Below are positions 39,763 to 53,691 of a stretch of 64,000 nucleotides of DNA, in pieces. The notes beneath the pieces were generated by a model. The model ran no database searches, was not told the DNA's origin, and was given only the letters and a program-made list of their open reading frames with translations. Within the stretch, counting starts at the first letter, position 1; each line of letters opens with the position of its first letter. The position numbers and the translations under genes were made by a program. Source of the DNA: Octopus sinensis (taxonomy: Eukaryota); the NCBI RefSeq assembly GCF_006345805.1, contig NC_042997.1:161572001-161636000 (forward strand). Direction: 5' to 3'.

Positions 39763-40460
39763 CTGTAAACGACAAAATTCCATCCATGTAAAAGAAATAT
39801 TCCATGAAATTATTGAAATTAATATAGTAATACATACAAGTAAATTTTATAAAATTTCATTCATGATAACTTAAGTCATAGCTTACTGAGTTCTTCAGAA
39901 GTAAGCAAATTTTGGAAGTTAAAAATAATCAATACAAATTTTATAATGCTTAAATGAAATCATGGGAAAATTAATAAGTGGGTAATAAAACATATATCTG
40001 TTTCATGTTTTTCAAAAGTGCTAGTATGTATAAGTAATTGAATAAAAAAATGAAAGTGATTGGAATAAATTCCATATGCAAGTAATGTTTCATACCAATA
40101 TAAAATACTTCAAATTTCAGTTAGAGGCCATATATATTATAAAATGCTTCACAACAGGGATTCCAGATACCATAAAAGTAGCTCTTAGAATCCATTTTTC
40201 AAAACTAACATGGCTATTTTCATGTTTTTTCAGAAACTTTCTGATGTATTTTATAACAAGTAGACTCTGAGCCTTATATAAATTAGATCATACATTACAC
40301 TTCTTAGGTACGGAACACATTGTAATGTTTCCAAAAATCGAAATATATCCCAGCTGTGTGTGTGTGTGAGAGAGAGAGAGAGGGGGGGCTGAAGAGTGTG
40401 GGATGTGTTTGAAAGTCACTGATGGTGATGACTTCAGAGAGGTGAAGTGAGTTAGATGTC

Positions 40461-40624
40461 TTAACCCTTTGGCATTTAAACCAACCATATCCAGCCAAAA
40501 TATTCTGCCTGATTTATGTTCAAACCAACCAGATTTGGCCTCCACATAAACCCTACAGTGTCATTCTAAAAGTAAATAAGCACATCATTGAAATCTTAAA
40601 GCTATAAGATAATGTAAGGGTTAA
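40461..40624. mobile_element. piggyBac-like MITE, shorter copy of the same family
   Basis: TTAA-CCCTTTGGCA ... AAGGG-TTAA; internal similarity to the 61156 copy. Confidence 0.78.
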
Positions 40625-40941
40625 ATGCAAGAAGAAATATGGTCTAAGTGTTTCTGATAGTGGTTGAATGATTTCGAAGAGTTGTAGAAGAAGCAGATCT
40701 ATTTGGAGGAATGAGTGAGAGAGTCTTGGAGTTTAAGTAATTAGACACCTTCTTGTTGATATTCAGGAGGGAGATAATGATGGTGCTAAACCGCACTGAA
40801 AATAATTAATAATTTGGTTATTCTTAATAAAAATTAATATAGCTTAGCCTTATTTTTGTAACTGTTATTTAGGTTCTGGATTAGAGAAGATAGTCTTTAA
40901 GATAAATATTTAAAACAAGAGTTAAAACATTTAAACTTTAC

Positions 40942-41061
40942 CTTCAGCAACTGTTTTGCATATCTTCTTTTTAAAAGCTGGTTTTGCAGTTCCATCATCA
41001 AATTCAGTAGCTGTATGATAACTTAAAGTATCACTTTCATATGAATCCAATGAATAATAAT
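40942..41061 (-). CDS. Exon: linker and first strand of Ig1
   Basis: (D)YYSLDSYESDTLSYHTATEFDDGTAKPAFKKKICKTVAE; cag|...|gtaaag; 120 nt. Confidence 0.85.
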
Positions 41062-41686
41062 CTGTAAACAAAAGCAAAACAAAATAAATATTGATTTCAT
41101 TAAAGAATTTAAATTTAAATTAATTTTTTAAATGCTTATATTTTAAAGAAACTATTTTCTGTAACAAGAAAAATAATGTAAGAAGTAAGAGTAACAGAGA
41201 GTCCTCTATAATTCAATAATAAAAAATAACTTTGCACTGTAAATGTGATAGAGCATCATTATTGTGGTCATTGCTGTCATCACCATTGTGGTCTTTATGA
41301 CATCCTTCTTATCATCATCCTCACCACTATCAACTTCAATACCATTACTACTATCAAAAGCACTTAGATTCATTATCAAAACTACTTTCATAAAACTGAA
41401 ACAAATAAATACACTTTGTGAAACAAATAAATTTCCAGTTAATAATCAAATGGGCAAGGAAGAGCACATATTGTTATGATAAAAAGTAGATCCCCATAAC
41501 AAAATGATTATTCAAGTTTTAAATGAAAAACAGTAAGATTTTTTTCCAGCAAAGAAATTTCTGATTTGTTTCACATTCATAATATACAAGCACAAGGCTG
41601 TTAGTTGCATTGTCATTTAAATTATTAAAATAAGTGCTTATTATAAGCATATTTAAAAAAAATATTTAAATCAATTAAGTTAATAC

Positions 41687-41860
41687 CTGTAGCATCAGTT
41701 TTCCTGTCAGAATCAGATTCAGGTTGAGCTTCAGTTGGTTTTGGAAGTTCTGGGGAAGGTTGCTTTTTCTTCGCAGCTTCTTCAAGAGCTTCAGCAAGTT
41801 TCTTCTTGTGTCTCAAGATTTCTTCTTGTTGTTCAAGAGTAATATCAGTTTCCTCAATGC
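41687..41860 (-). CDS. Exon: charged, proline-rich linker
   Basis: (G)IEETDITLEQQEEILRHKKKLAEALEEAAKKKQPSPELPKP...; tag|...|gtatta; phase 1/1. Confidence 0.85.
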
Positions 41861-42059
41861 CTACAATTATTGAATATATTTCAATTAAACAATAATTGTT
41901 AATCAATTCATATTTATAGAACTAAAACAATAAATTAATTCAAATATGATATTTATCACATTTTCCCTAAGTGATTATTTTCTACACATTGATTTAACAG
42001 TAAAAGAATTTAGTGGAGGTGGCAAGGTAAGAGAAAGTTCAGAAGTTACAGTATTGGGA

Positions 42060-43299
42060 AAGATGTAAGCTATGGATACATAGGAGGTGCAGCAATATCA
42101 AGGGTAGGTGAAGAAGGAAAATAGTTTTTGTGTGTGGAAAGTGCACAGGTACACTTAACACTAAAAATGTACAAAAAATAGACTCCAGCAAATACCAGGA
42201 GAAAAAACTAGAAGTAGCTGATAGCTTCTATTACCTAGGTGATCAAGTTAGTAGTGGAGGTGGATGCTCCAAGAGTGTATAGCTGCTAGAGTAAGAACAG
42301 GCTGAGCAAAGTTCAGAGAGCTCCTACCTCTGTTGGTAACACAGGGCCTCTCTTTCAGAATGAAAAGCAAATCATATGATGCTTGTGTGTGGACAGCCAT
42401 GCTACACAGCAGTGAAATATGGGCTGTGACCACTGAAGACTTGTGTAGGCTTGAAAGAAATGAAGCTAGTATGCTTTGCTGGATGTGTAATGTCAGTACA
42501 ACAAAGTGTAAGCATCTTGAGAGAAAAGTTGGGCATAAGAGGCATCAGATGTGATGTGCAAGAGAGACAAATGCACTGGTATGGTCATGTGATGCATATG
42601 GACCAAGACAGCTGTGTAAAGAAGTGCTGGTCTCTACCTGTGGAGGGAACCTGTGGAAGAGGTAGACCCAGGAAGACATGAGATGAAGTGATGAATCATG
42701 ATATTCAAACGTTGAGCCTCTTGGAGGCAATGGCAAGTAACCAAGACCTTTGGTGATATGCCATTCTTGAGAAGACCTGTCAAGCCAAGTGAAATCACAA
42801 TCATGGCTGGTGCTAGTGTCATGTAACAGGCACTTGTACCAGTGACATGTAAAAAGCACCCTTCGAACATTGGACAATATGCTGTGTTTGAGAAGACCTG
42901 TCAAACCAAGTGAAATGATAGTTGCGGCTAATGCCAGGGTGACATATCTGGCACCTGCGCAAGCGGCACATGGAAAACACATTTTGAACTTTGGGCCTCA
43001 TAGAAGTAGTGACAAGTGACCAAGACCTTTGGCAATATACTGTAATTGAGAAGACCTGTCGAGCCAAATGAGATCATAGTTGTAGCCGATACTGGTGTTT
43101 TGTAACTGGTACCCATGCCAGTGGCATGTAAAAAGCACCCACTATATTCTTGGAATGGTTAGTGTTAGGAAGGGTGTCCAGATGTAGAAACTATGCCAGA
43201 TCACACTAAAACCTGGTGCAGTTCCCCAGCTTACCAGTTTTCAGTCAAATTATCCAACCCATACCAGCTTTGAAAATGGACGTTAAATGATGATGATGA
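42060..43299 (+). mobile_element. Decayed RTE LINE 3' part (RT C-terminus, repetitive UTR, (GAT)n tail)
   Basis: LEVADSFYYLGDQ...KFRELLPLL...WYGHVMHM...GRGRPRKT with frameshifts; tail gacgttaaatgatgatgatg. Confidence 0.9.
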
Positions 43300-43602
43300 G
43301 AGTACTAGATATAAAAACAGAAAATGTCAGGAATATGAGTGCTTAGAACATGTCATTAAAATATACAGATATTTATAAATAAGTAACTTTTAAAAAACCT
43401 TATATGACAATGATTTTGTATGCATATTTCATTTACCTATGACTTCTATATAGTAATATGGCTACAATTATTAGTTTCTGCACAAAAATGTTTATTACTT
43501 TCACTATATATGTGAGCTAATAATTAAAATAGTTCACTCATTTGTACATAATCAGCTGTTTTCTTTCCTGAATGTATTTGATGTTAGTGTTCTCTCAGGC
43601 TT

Positions 43603-43683
43603 TATATATATATATATCTATATATATATATACACACACACACACATATATATATATATTATATATATATATATTTATGCATG

Positions 43684-43721
<38 letters not shown>

Positions 43722-43739
43722 TATATATATTTATGTATG

Positions 43740-43790
<51 letters not shown>
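43603..43790. repeat. (TA)n/(CA)n compound microsatellite
   Basis: Directly visible. Confidence 0.95.
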
Positions 43791-43794
<4 letters not shown>

Positions 43795-44025
43795 TCATCA
43801 TCGTTTAGCATCCGCTTTCCATGCTGGCATGGGTTAGATGGTGCAACTGGGGTCTGGGAAGCCAGAAGGCTGCACCAGGCCCAGTCTGATCTGGCAATGT
43901 TTCTACGGCTGGATGCCCTTCCTAACGCCAACCACTCCATGAGTGTAGTGGGTGCTTTTTATGTGCCAGACGAGGCTGGCAAGCAGCCACGATCGGATGG
44001 TGCTTTTTACATGCCACCGGCATGG
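43791..44025 (-). mobile_element. RTE LINE 3' end
   Basis: (CAT)n followed by GGATGCCCTTCCTAACGCCAACCACTCC on the plus strand. Confidence 0.88.
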
Positions 44026-44030
44026 AATAC

Positions 44031-44061
<31 letters not shown>

Positions 44062-44164
44062 CTTTATTTAAAAGCATCAGAAATTCAACAAAACCTGTTA
44101 CTCGGAGTTTCACGTTCCCGTTCGTCGGACAGTTTTTGTTAAAAAAAGAAAATATATATATATG

Positions 44165-44600
44165 TGTGTATATCATTTGTAAGATGTGGAAAATATACCG
44201 CCAACTATGCCCAAACGACCTAAACATTAGCTTCAAGGTTCATCCAAGACTTGGACCATGGGCTATACGTCCCCTGCCCAATTCAAGATCACAACATACA
44301 TGTACACTGCAACATAATTTCTTTTCCTCAACAGGCCCTGCCCTATTTAACATTGTCCCGAGAGAGATCAAAGAGGAAAAGGATCCCATCAACTTTAAAC
44401 AGAGTCTGGATAGATTCCTTCAAAGAATACCAGATAAGCCACCCATAATTGGATACAACTCACCCAACAAGAACTCACTACTTGAACAAAACTTGACTTA
44501 AACAAAACTTGACTTAAACAGGATTCGAATAATCCTATCAGGTGGTGCTATTAAGTTAGACATGGCCTGGACCAATCTTTGGTCGAAACATATCTAAGTT
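44165..44600 (+). mobile_element. 3' end of a CR1-group LINE followed by (TA)n
   Basis: YIICKMWKI...NFFSSTGPALFNIVPREIK...FKQSLDRFLQRIPDKP; terminal stem-loop gaccaatctttggtc. Confidence 0.75.
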
Positions 44601-44770
<170 letters not shown>

Positions 44771-44822
44771 AGCAAGAAAGACTAAATCAAATTGTAATAA
44801 AATAAAATAAGTTATAGTATAC

Positions 44823-44979
44823 CCATTTGTTTCAGAGCAGCTCTTATGTCTTTGATCCATCCTTGTTTTGCATAATTATTTTTAGCTTGAACAGTTAATT
44901 TCTCAGATGTTGCTTCAGCAAACCATAGTTCAAAACGTCTTTCATCTTCTAAAAGCTCACTGATTTGTATATTTTGGAG
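44823..44979 (-). CDS. Exon: PH domain C-half
   Basis: [20 protein letters not shown]...[22 protein letters not shown] (PH C-terminal helix with its Trp); not in the ORF track. Confidence 0.9.
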
Positions 44980-47392
44980 CTGAAAAGTAAATTAAAATGT
45001 TATTAAAATTATGGATACATTTTATTAAATCAGCACTCTATTATTTTGGAGAAATAGCTATAATTTCAGCATCTAGTAATATTGTAAAATGTTTTCATTT
45101 TGTCTACCATTATAAAGAAATATAAACTGTTGCTGGTTTGCTATTGTCTAATATAAGCAGTAGTTGGAAAAGGAGTATTTGTACTAGCTAAGATTGAGAA
45201 ATAATAAAAGCAAGAGAATGCTCAGCTACAACTTACAAAAAATATACTTGAACAGTCGTTTTAGAAATATATATGTGCACACATACATATGTACAGACAA
45301 ACCAATAGATAGGTAAATAGACAACTGTTATGTAGCTGTACATACATCAGTGTGTATGTGCATGTGTGCATGTATGAGTATTCATGTGATATTTAATATA
45401 CAATAATCTAATTTTTCTGAGTAATAAAAATTTATTTTAAAAATTTTGTACCTTTCGTACATATGTTACATTGGATAAAAGTAGAAACGAGTCATTTCAG
45501 TGAATTTTAGGTAATTCTATTCAGTGAATAGAATACTTTTTTTAGTTTTGCAGTCTAAATAATATTTAGATAAATAAACATGTTGAAAATAAATCTGAAA
45601 CAAGCATAAATGAAAATAAATTGAAAATGAGCTGAAATGTGCTCATATAACTAAGTTTATATATTATTTCGAATACATTATTTAATTCTTCTTTATGTAT
45701 AAAAATACAATCATATGCATTTATATAATCATAGTTTGTGCATATGTTGAAATATATTATGTACAGTTCTAAAAATACTTAAATATTACATTTTTTTAAC
45801 AAGTTATTAATGCCATGCTATAAAATCTATTTTCTAAGACAAATATAGAAAAAAAATAGTTCTTACAAAACTTCATAAACAAAATGAAAGTACCAGTTAA
45901 TTCAGTCAAATAGTTCATTTATAACTGTATGACGTCCACAACCAGTTTGTTTCAGTAGATACAAATGATCAAAAATCCAGAGCCAAACATCTATTTTAAG
46001 AATTTCTGTAACTTAAATATACCCACCCACCTAATGTTACATAGAAGGGGTTTAACTATCTCATCTCTTTTCATTCAGATTAGTATATCAAAGGAAGTAG
46101 CAAAACCAGACATCACCACTAAAGAAGCACAACATCACTGATATATAGTTATATCTATAAAAATGCAACAACAATTTTTAAAATCTTTCAGTATGTCTTA
46201 AATTTTCTAGAAGTAATATAAATATTTTACACGTTCAATGTTTGTAGTTTAGCTTTTACTCATAAAAATCTATTGCTTCATTAAATTAATTTTAGCATTT
46301 TCCAATGACTATATTAATTTAAAATTATAACTACATTGATCATCTATTTATTTATCATTATAATTATTTATTTACTTTCACAAATTATACCACTATTAAC
46401 ACAGACACTTTTATCACTATCACCGACAATACAACTAACAATGCAATATTCACTTCCAAATTCCTACTTATAATATTCATCATTATTACTACTTCATGTA
46501 ACATGAATATCAAATTATTCAAATTATCTCATGCTAGAAAAGAGACTTCATTCTTAATAAAATTATCTTTAAAGCTGACATAGTTAGCTCTAAAATCTAA
46601 CTGATAAAAGAAAATTTGATAACAGAACTACATTTAGTGCTTTGGAATTTAGTTAGATACTGTATTAGCTGCTAGATATCTTAATAATTAATGGCTGATG
46701 GAATTTGGTACTGGCATGTGCTGTCTCTGGACAACAACTTAGCTCTGCTTTGGAATCAAACTGATACATAGCATTTTGTATTACCTTTTACTAGATAAAT
46801 GGATAAAAATAGAATGGTAAATGGAGATCAAATTTATTCTTAGTTTCTAAAACTTTAAAATTAGTAATAAAATTACATTTGTATTTGAAAAGTTATAAAT
46901 ACATAAAAAAAACAGTATATGATACAAAATCTGTGATATTAAAAAGCTAAACTTCTGGATATACAGTTTTGTAAATGTTTGGCATATATACATATATTAA
47001 TATACATTGTATGCTGAGAATGAAGGTTTATCATTGTCAACAAAGACATTCCCTAAAGTTTCTATTTTCATTGTAACCAATACATTAGGATTTCTTGCAT
47101 GAGCTATTATAATAGAACATATAATACATTAATACAACACCATAGTAGTCCTCCAACCTTAGGTCCATTTGATAATTCTATTTCTCAGACCTTATCTTAT
47201 AATTATGATGGAATAGAAAGATGCATCTTTAATCTAATAAAAAATGTGTTGGCACCAGATTAAACGGGTTTGTATATTTTTTATGCAATTTCATATTGAA
47301 AATTTATAAAAGCAGACTTCGTATAAGTAGAAATTAATTACAAGCAAAAATACAATAAACAAATATATAAAATAGTGAATAAAAATACTTAC

Positions 47393-47545
47393 ATCTATCA
47401 ATGACTTAAAAGCAAATGTTGGGGCATCTGTTAAAGATTCTGGCTTTTTCTTTTTTGTTATCAATATTTTATCAGGAAACAAAAACATATGTCTGTCTTT
47501 TCCTTTGGTTTTAGAAACTTCTTTGTCCCATATTTGAACATCATC
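47393..47545 (-). CDS. Exon: PH domain N-half
   Basis: DDVQIWDKEVSKTKGKDRHMFLFPDKILITKKK is a typical DH-associated PH sequence; 153 nt. Confidence 0.9.
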
Positions 47546-47699
47546 CTGAATTCATAATGATATTTTTTTCATAAGCATCTCACAGATGGAAAAAATAGGA
47601 ATAGTAAAATCAGGGAAAAAGTAGCAATAATAAGATAGCAAATATAGTTTCCTTTAGAACTTCATATCATTCAATTCTCTCATTCATTACCAAAATTTA

Positions 47700-47990
47700 T
47701 ATCATCATTCAACATCCACTTTACATGCTGGCATGGGTTAGACAGTTTGACTGGAACTGGTAAGCATGTTTTCTATGGCTGGATGCCCTTCCAAGATTGT
47801 AATGGGTGCTTTTATGTGCCACTGGCATGGGTGCCATTTACATGACATGGGCAATGGTTACAACTACGATTTCACAAGTGCCATTTATATGACACAGGCA
47901 GGACACCATTTACATGACATTGGCAACACCCATGACTAAGATTTCATAGGTGCCATTTACATGACACTGGCAACAGCCATGACTCAGCAA
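47700..47990 (-). mobile_element. Degenerate RTE 3' end immediately downstream of the last DH exon
   Basis: catcattcaacatccactttacatgctggcatgggttaga...ggctggatgcccttcc matches the other copies. Confidence 0.7.
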
Positions 47991-48023
47991 CATAATGTTA
48001 ATTAAACATTTTGAAATTCTTAC

Positions 48024-48188
48024 ATGTCTTAGTACTTCTCCAAGGCTATATATATCTCCTGGAAATTCTTCAACCTTTTCCAGCAAACGAAGATGCTCAA
48101 CTCTTTTAATTATTTTCATAAGCATTTCAATAGCCTTTTCAAGATCTTTCACACCATCTCCAGCAGTTACAGTGTAACGTAAGCAATC
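48024..48188 (-). CDS. Exon: DH end and DH-PH junction
   Basis: DCLRYTVTAGDGVKDLEKAIEML...FPGDIYSLGEVLRH; 165 nt, phase 0/0. Confidence 0.9.
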
Positions 48189-49672
48189 CTAAATGAAAGA
48201 GACAGTTGAAAATTTTTATAATATCAAAATGATAAAGCATTTTCAAATTTATAACATATTTATGAAATGATTGAGCATAGTATTTATGAAATGATTGAGA
48301 ATAGTTGTACATGATATGCTTAAAAATCACAAATAAAATGATATCAAACTGTAAATCATTAAATGCATTGCCAAAGCTCTTATACTTTTGTTCTAAAGAA
48401 GTATTAGTACTTTAGAGCGTCAAAGATGTAAAACATTTGTGATACTCATAAATGTCTACTATTTATTACTTGTTCTATGTTTAAGGCTCTAATATCAAAA
48501 GAGAATGCTTAAAGCCAAAACAGTAGAATTTCAAGTGCTATTTTTAATCCCAAAGTTATAAGATGATAATTTACAATCCATTTTATACGTTTCCCCCATT
48601 GTAAAGCTTTTGATTTTAAGAGTATACAATCATCACTGGTATAATATATACTCATATTAATATCATCCCACTGAAGATAGTTCTTAAAGAGACTTTATTC
48701 AAATAAATTGTTTGAGGGTTAAGTATTCAATTTGACAAAGACTAGTAGTATAATAATTAACAGAGAAGCCAAACTACAGCTTTGATTATTTTTCACTAGT
48801 CTAAATTATTACCAGGATTTGCTGCAATATTTAGTGCAGTTTTGTATGCTTTGGGAGTTTGCAGTGCTTTGTTTTGGCCTTGTGCATCTAAAATATCCTC
48901 TGTGATGTGTGTTAAACATATTGTAGTGCCATATTCTGTATGTTGTGTAATTTCTGAATCCTGAGGTTTTAATTGTTTTTATCTGCATCTTTTTAATTAT
49001 CTTTTTAATCAAGACTCCCTGTTATAAGGACTGTTTCTAGTTTCAATGGGATTGTTGTTGGTTCCTAAGGGGTTGTTTCTGTTTTTGAGTTGTTTTTCTT
49101 TCCTGATTGCTATTTATCATCATGAGCTCAACAGTTGTATACATGTTTATACAGTTTTATACCATCATGTGCATAGTCTTCTACAGTTTCCTTTAAAAAA
49201 TATCAGGCCCTGTGACTGTGCAAGAATTCATTGAAGAGGCAGAATTGGTAGGGCATCAAAGTATTTTGCAGAATCTAATCACATTCCTTTGCTATTAGGA
49301 TAGATTTTGCCTTTAATTCAGCTTCCATAAAATAAGTACTATTAATATACAGGCTGATTTTATTAATTGTTTCTCCCCCACCCCCCGAAATTCCTAGTTT
49401 GGTACCAATCTAAGAAATGAAGTCCTCAATAATATCACAATAACAAAACAAAACATTATGTTTATACATCATTATTCTTATATTAGTATCAAATGAACTG
49501 AATTATATAAGTTTTCTTTTGAGTTATTGTCGATATTGTAATTAAAAATGATTTTGGTTAAACATAGGGAAAATAATTCTGATTTAATTATTAATGTTAA
49601 AGCTTTCAGTAATTACTATTGATTTTATACTTAATATGAATGTTTTTCAAAGAAATGATAAAATCAACTTAC

Positions 49673-49756
49673 CTTAAGTATTTGTTCATAAATACTTAAT
49701 CTTTTGAGTGGACAAGCCAAATATTCAACAAGGGATTTATCAGAAATTGGACATGT
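49673..49756 (-). CDS. Exon: DH part 4 (CR3)
   Basis: TCPISDKSLVEYLACPLKRLSIYEQILK resembles DH CR3 (LIKPVQRITKYQLLLK); |gtaagt. Confidence 0.88.
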
Positions 49757-51942
49757 CTATAAGCAAAATAAAGAAATACACATTTTTATAATTTACATAT
49801 TACCCAGACTTTTATTAAAACAGAATTATAGTATTAAGAATATCAGATTCTATATTTTAAACATACAAGAAAAATAGTTAGATGTCTTAGAATTATTTAA
49901 TAGTTGTAATCTATAAGGAGTCAAAAGTAAGGAAGGTTATATTATTTAGCAAATGTATGTTTCATAGCAGTAAACAAAGGAATGAAAATTAAGAATTTTA
50001 TAAATAATTTTGAAATAAATGTTAAAGAATGCACTTTGTATTAATAACAAAAATATATGTATACTGTTATACATATATTTCATATTAAAGTAAAATCATT
50101 CATGAACTTATACATTTTGATACAACCACTATTTGAGCAAATTTTCTGTTTACCCCTCTCAGGCAAGTGTTCAGCTCTATTGAGAGTTTCTTATTAATGA
50201 ATTTGAAAAAAATAAGAACGACGATCATGTTATGTAGTAGAAGCATTATTTCTAATCCCTAACTGCAAATATATAGTACCAAGATTTTCTATACAATCAT
50301 CAATCATAGTTTCATAGCTATTTATGATTTTAAAAGCTACAATTGTAACTAATTTTCAACACTGTGAGTAGTCTTAGTTATTTTTCACTTCAAAATTCAA
50401 CTTGTCCTCAACGTTTATAAGTTGTTTCACATGCCCTCAATGTTTACAAGTTGTGTTTCTACCATACCGGTAACACTGCATATATAACATGATAGAAATT
50501 ACATCAGCAATTGATCTATGCAGATCATCTGATGAGAAAAATTTCTTTGTACAATACACAATTTTAAAACTTTTAAAATATCTCAGCAGTTGTACATTTT
50601 GGTCCTTTATTAAAAATATCTCTTCCAGTTTTCCTCCATACTTCTGTCAAAAATTCTCTACTCCTGCAGATAAAGCTTTCACACCACTGACCCATTTTGT
50701 TAGAACTCAGTCTATATATGCACATCAAATACTCTCTAACAACTTTAAAGTGGGACTGTTAATAGTAAACAACTAAACTTAATATCACTTTGAACCTTCA
50801 CAAACTCCTTCATTATATAGCAATGGTAAGCTGCTTTTAAAAATTCAGTAAAAATAATGTTGGTCTTTTCATGAAGACTAAGGGAATCTACTACTTTCTT
50901 TTATTACTTAGGAAGAAAGACTGGTGAATGGGGAGTGGAGTATTATCCTAAAACCAGAGATCTGTCTCAAATGTTTGCAACAAAGTGAACTCCTCTAAAA
51001 GTATTTGAGGATATGTTGATGGTGCTAAAGCAGGTAATGGATTATACTTACTACCCAAGTAGGCTACATCAAGATTTAAACTTAGTATGCAAAGAGATGG
51101 AATAAATACTACAAGGTACCCCATCCAATGCTGCCATTCTAACACTTTAGACTGGTAGCATTGAAAAGAAGAATGAAAAGCAAATTGATCTCAATAGGAT
51201 TTGAGCTTAGAATGCAGACAACTAGAATAGATACAAGGTACTTCATCTAATGCAAAAAATGCTTACTACCTAAAAATTGAATTATACACCTCAGCCATTC
51301 ACAATTCCCAAAATTACTGCACAATCTTCAATAATCTATCATAGTGATAACATGTATCTAACATAACTGCATTACAATACTTGTTTTCTACATGCTAAAA
51401 GATATTTTAACCTTAAAATGTGATAATCCTTTTTAAAAAGTTCTAATATGCTTTTTACTGTTTCCAGATCTCTGAAATTACACTTTGCTTTATATATAGA
51501 TGTACAAACATTATAAATTACATCTAAGAAAAATCTCTGCAAAGGAAATACAATTATATTCTCCACTGCTAATACCACAAGCTCACTGCTGAGTTATGTA
51601 ATTTCTGAGAAATATCTGCTCTGAACTTGATTGTATTATTTCCCAAGTTAAATCTATTCAAAGTCTCTTCTACATTTTCCCTTCATCCCTGCAATTTCCT
51701 TCCTTATATTCCATAATGACCCTCATTAAATATTTCAGTATATTTTTCTTTCTCATAACAACATTCTTCTAGAACTGTCTTTCCACCAAGATCTTGGCTG
51801 TAACAATTAATATAAGCATTATTTACTGTCATGCAGTTATTCCTACGTTCAATCCTTGGAAGACATAAACAGATTTAAAGCACTAGGTATTAGCTCCAGA
51901 TTACAAATTGAAAAAAAAAAGATATAAAAACAATGGAGATAC

Positions 51943-52035
51943 CTTCAAATATTCTTTTGCTTCTTCTGTAGCTAAGAGAATTTCAGCCTCTGGCCGATGA
52001 TATAAAAATGGAATATACATTTGGAATTTCTCAGC
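51943..52035 (-). CDS. Exon: DH part 3
   Basis: AEKFQMYIPFLYHRPEAEILLATEEAKEYLK; tag|...|gtatct; 93 nt. Confidence 0.88.
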
Positions 52036-52477
52036 CTATAAAGCATAAAAATTGAATAATGTATTAGATAATCTTGAAGTGCTGTAGTATTTAATACATA
52101 ATATAATACCAAAATTTTGTTGGAATGTATTTTAAATAACACTGGACATAAATTGTAAATTTGGAAATTATGTAATCTAAATAACTAAAATTTTTACAAA
52201 TTTGTTATTTTAACAATTGATTGTATAAATTTATTGAAATTAAAAATTATTAACAAATATAATTAAAAAATGATTTATTTTGTATTAAATTAAGCAAAAA
52301 TAGTAAGCATATGAACAATTTGTTACTAATGTATGCAGATTATTGTAGGAAGAAAATTACAAAACATTGTTAAGCTATAGTATAAAAAGAGGGAATAGTT
52401 TTATTTTTGCATTTTCAACTATTTTATAAGAGGTACACTTTTCAAAAACATGAAAAGAAAGAAAGAAAGAAACTCAC

Positions 52478-52547
52478 CATTTTAAGAAAAGATCCACCAA
52501 TTTTAGATGGGAAGCAGGCACATTCACAAAGTTCATTCATAAAGATA
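52478..52547 (-). CDS. Exon: DH part 2
   Basis: (N)IFMNELCECACFPSKIGGSFLKM; ttttcag|...|gtgagt; phase 2 to 0. Confidence 0.88.
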
Positions 52548-52975
52548 CTGAAAAATATATCATCATTCCATAATATTAGATAATGTGAACTCTAACCAAT
52601 TTTCAAAACATCTAAATCACTCATCAAAAATTGTGAAATCAATATGGAAACAATAAAATATCAAAGCAACTAAGAAGCAATTTCTTAACTATACATGACC
52701 AGGTCATTTCCTGTTGCTATGCTGCCAGTAAAATATTTGTTAATCATGCTCATACCTTCACCAAATTGCTTACTATTCTTTTTTAAAGTATGTTGCCTTG
52801 TCTATATGTTGAAAGACACAGAAACACACACACAACCCCCATCCTCAAAATAACTATATATATCATATGTATATATACTTATAGTCTTTGTTTGAAGTGT
52901 GTTGCATTGTATTGATAGACTTGCACTTACAATTTCTGCAGTTTAAATCAAAACTTGTTAGTTAATATGGTGATA

Positions 52976-53100
52976 ACCAACCAACCAACCAACCAACCAA
53001 CCTACCTACCAACCTACCTACCTACCTACCTACCTACCTACCTACCTACCTACCTATCTACCTACCTATCTACCTGCCCACCTACATATCTATCTATTTA
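52976..53100. repeat. (CCAA)n-(CCTA)n-(TCTA)n compound tetranucleotide microsatellite
   Basis: Directly visible gradient of unit variants. Confidence 0.95.
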
Positions 53101-53613
53101 TCTATTCTTCACACACATTCTCACACATTCTCTCTCTCTTTCTCCTTTAAAAACAACTTTTTCTCCTCCATTTCTTGTAAAAATATGTTGTGACGTAAAT
53201 TTTGATTCCTTCCCTTTTGACGGATAGACAGAGGAAGATCTACTCTTTTATAATATAAGATGTAAGTACATTGAATACAAAACTATCCCTTACATTAGCA
53301 CTAGATCAGAAATTCAGAAGGAAGAGATATAGCTAAATCAATTAGCCCCAATATATGGCTGTAACTTATTTTATTAACTCTACTAGAATGGAAAAATCAA
53401 AGTTCATTTCAGCATGATTTGAACTCAGAGTATAAATGAACAAAACTAAATCCTATAAGACATCTTTGGCATTATAATTTCAGCCATTCTCCTACATTTC
53501 TTATGGGAGATGATTTTAGTAGATGAAGTAAAAGAATTTGAAGACAAGCATGCAAAGAGTTCTCTGTCATCTGATTTTATAAGTTTATCTTCCTCAGTTT
53601 ATTAAATATACTG

Positions 53614-53623
53614 TTCTCTCTCT

Positions 53624-53679
<56 letters not shown>

Positions 53680-53691
53680 GCACACACACAC
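53614..53691. repeat. (CT)n(CA)n microsatellite
   Basis: Directly visible. Confidence 0.93.
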
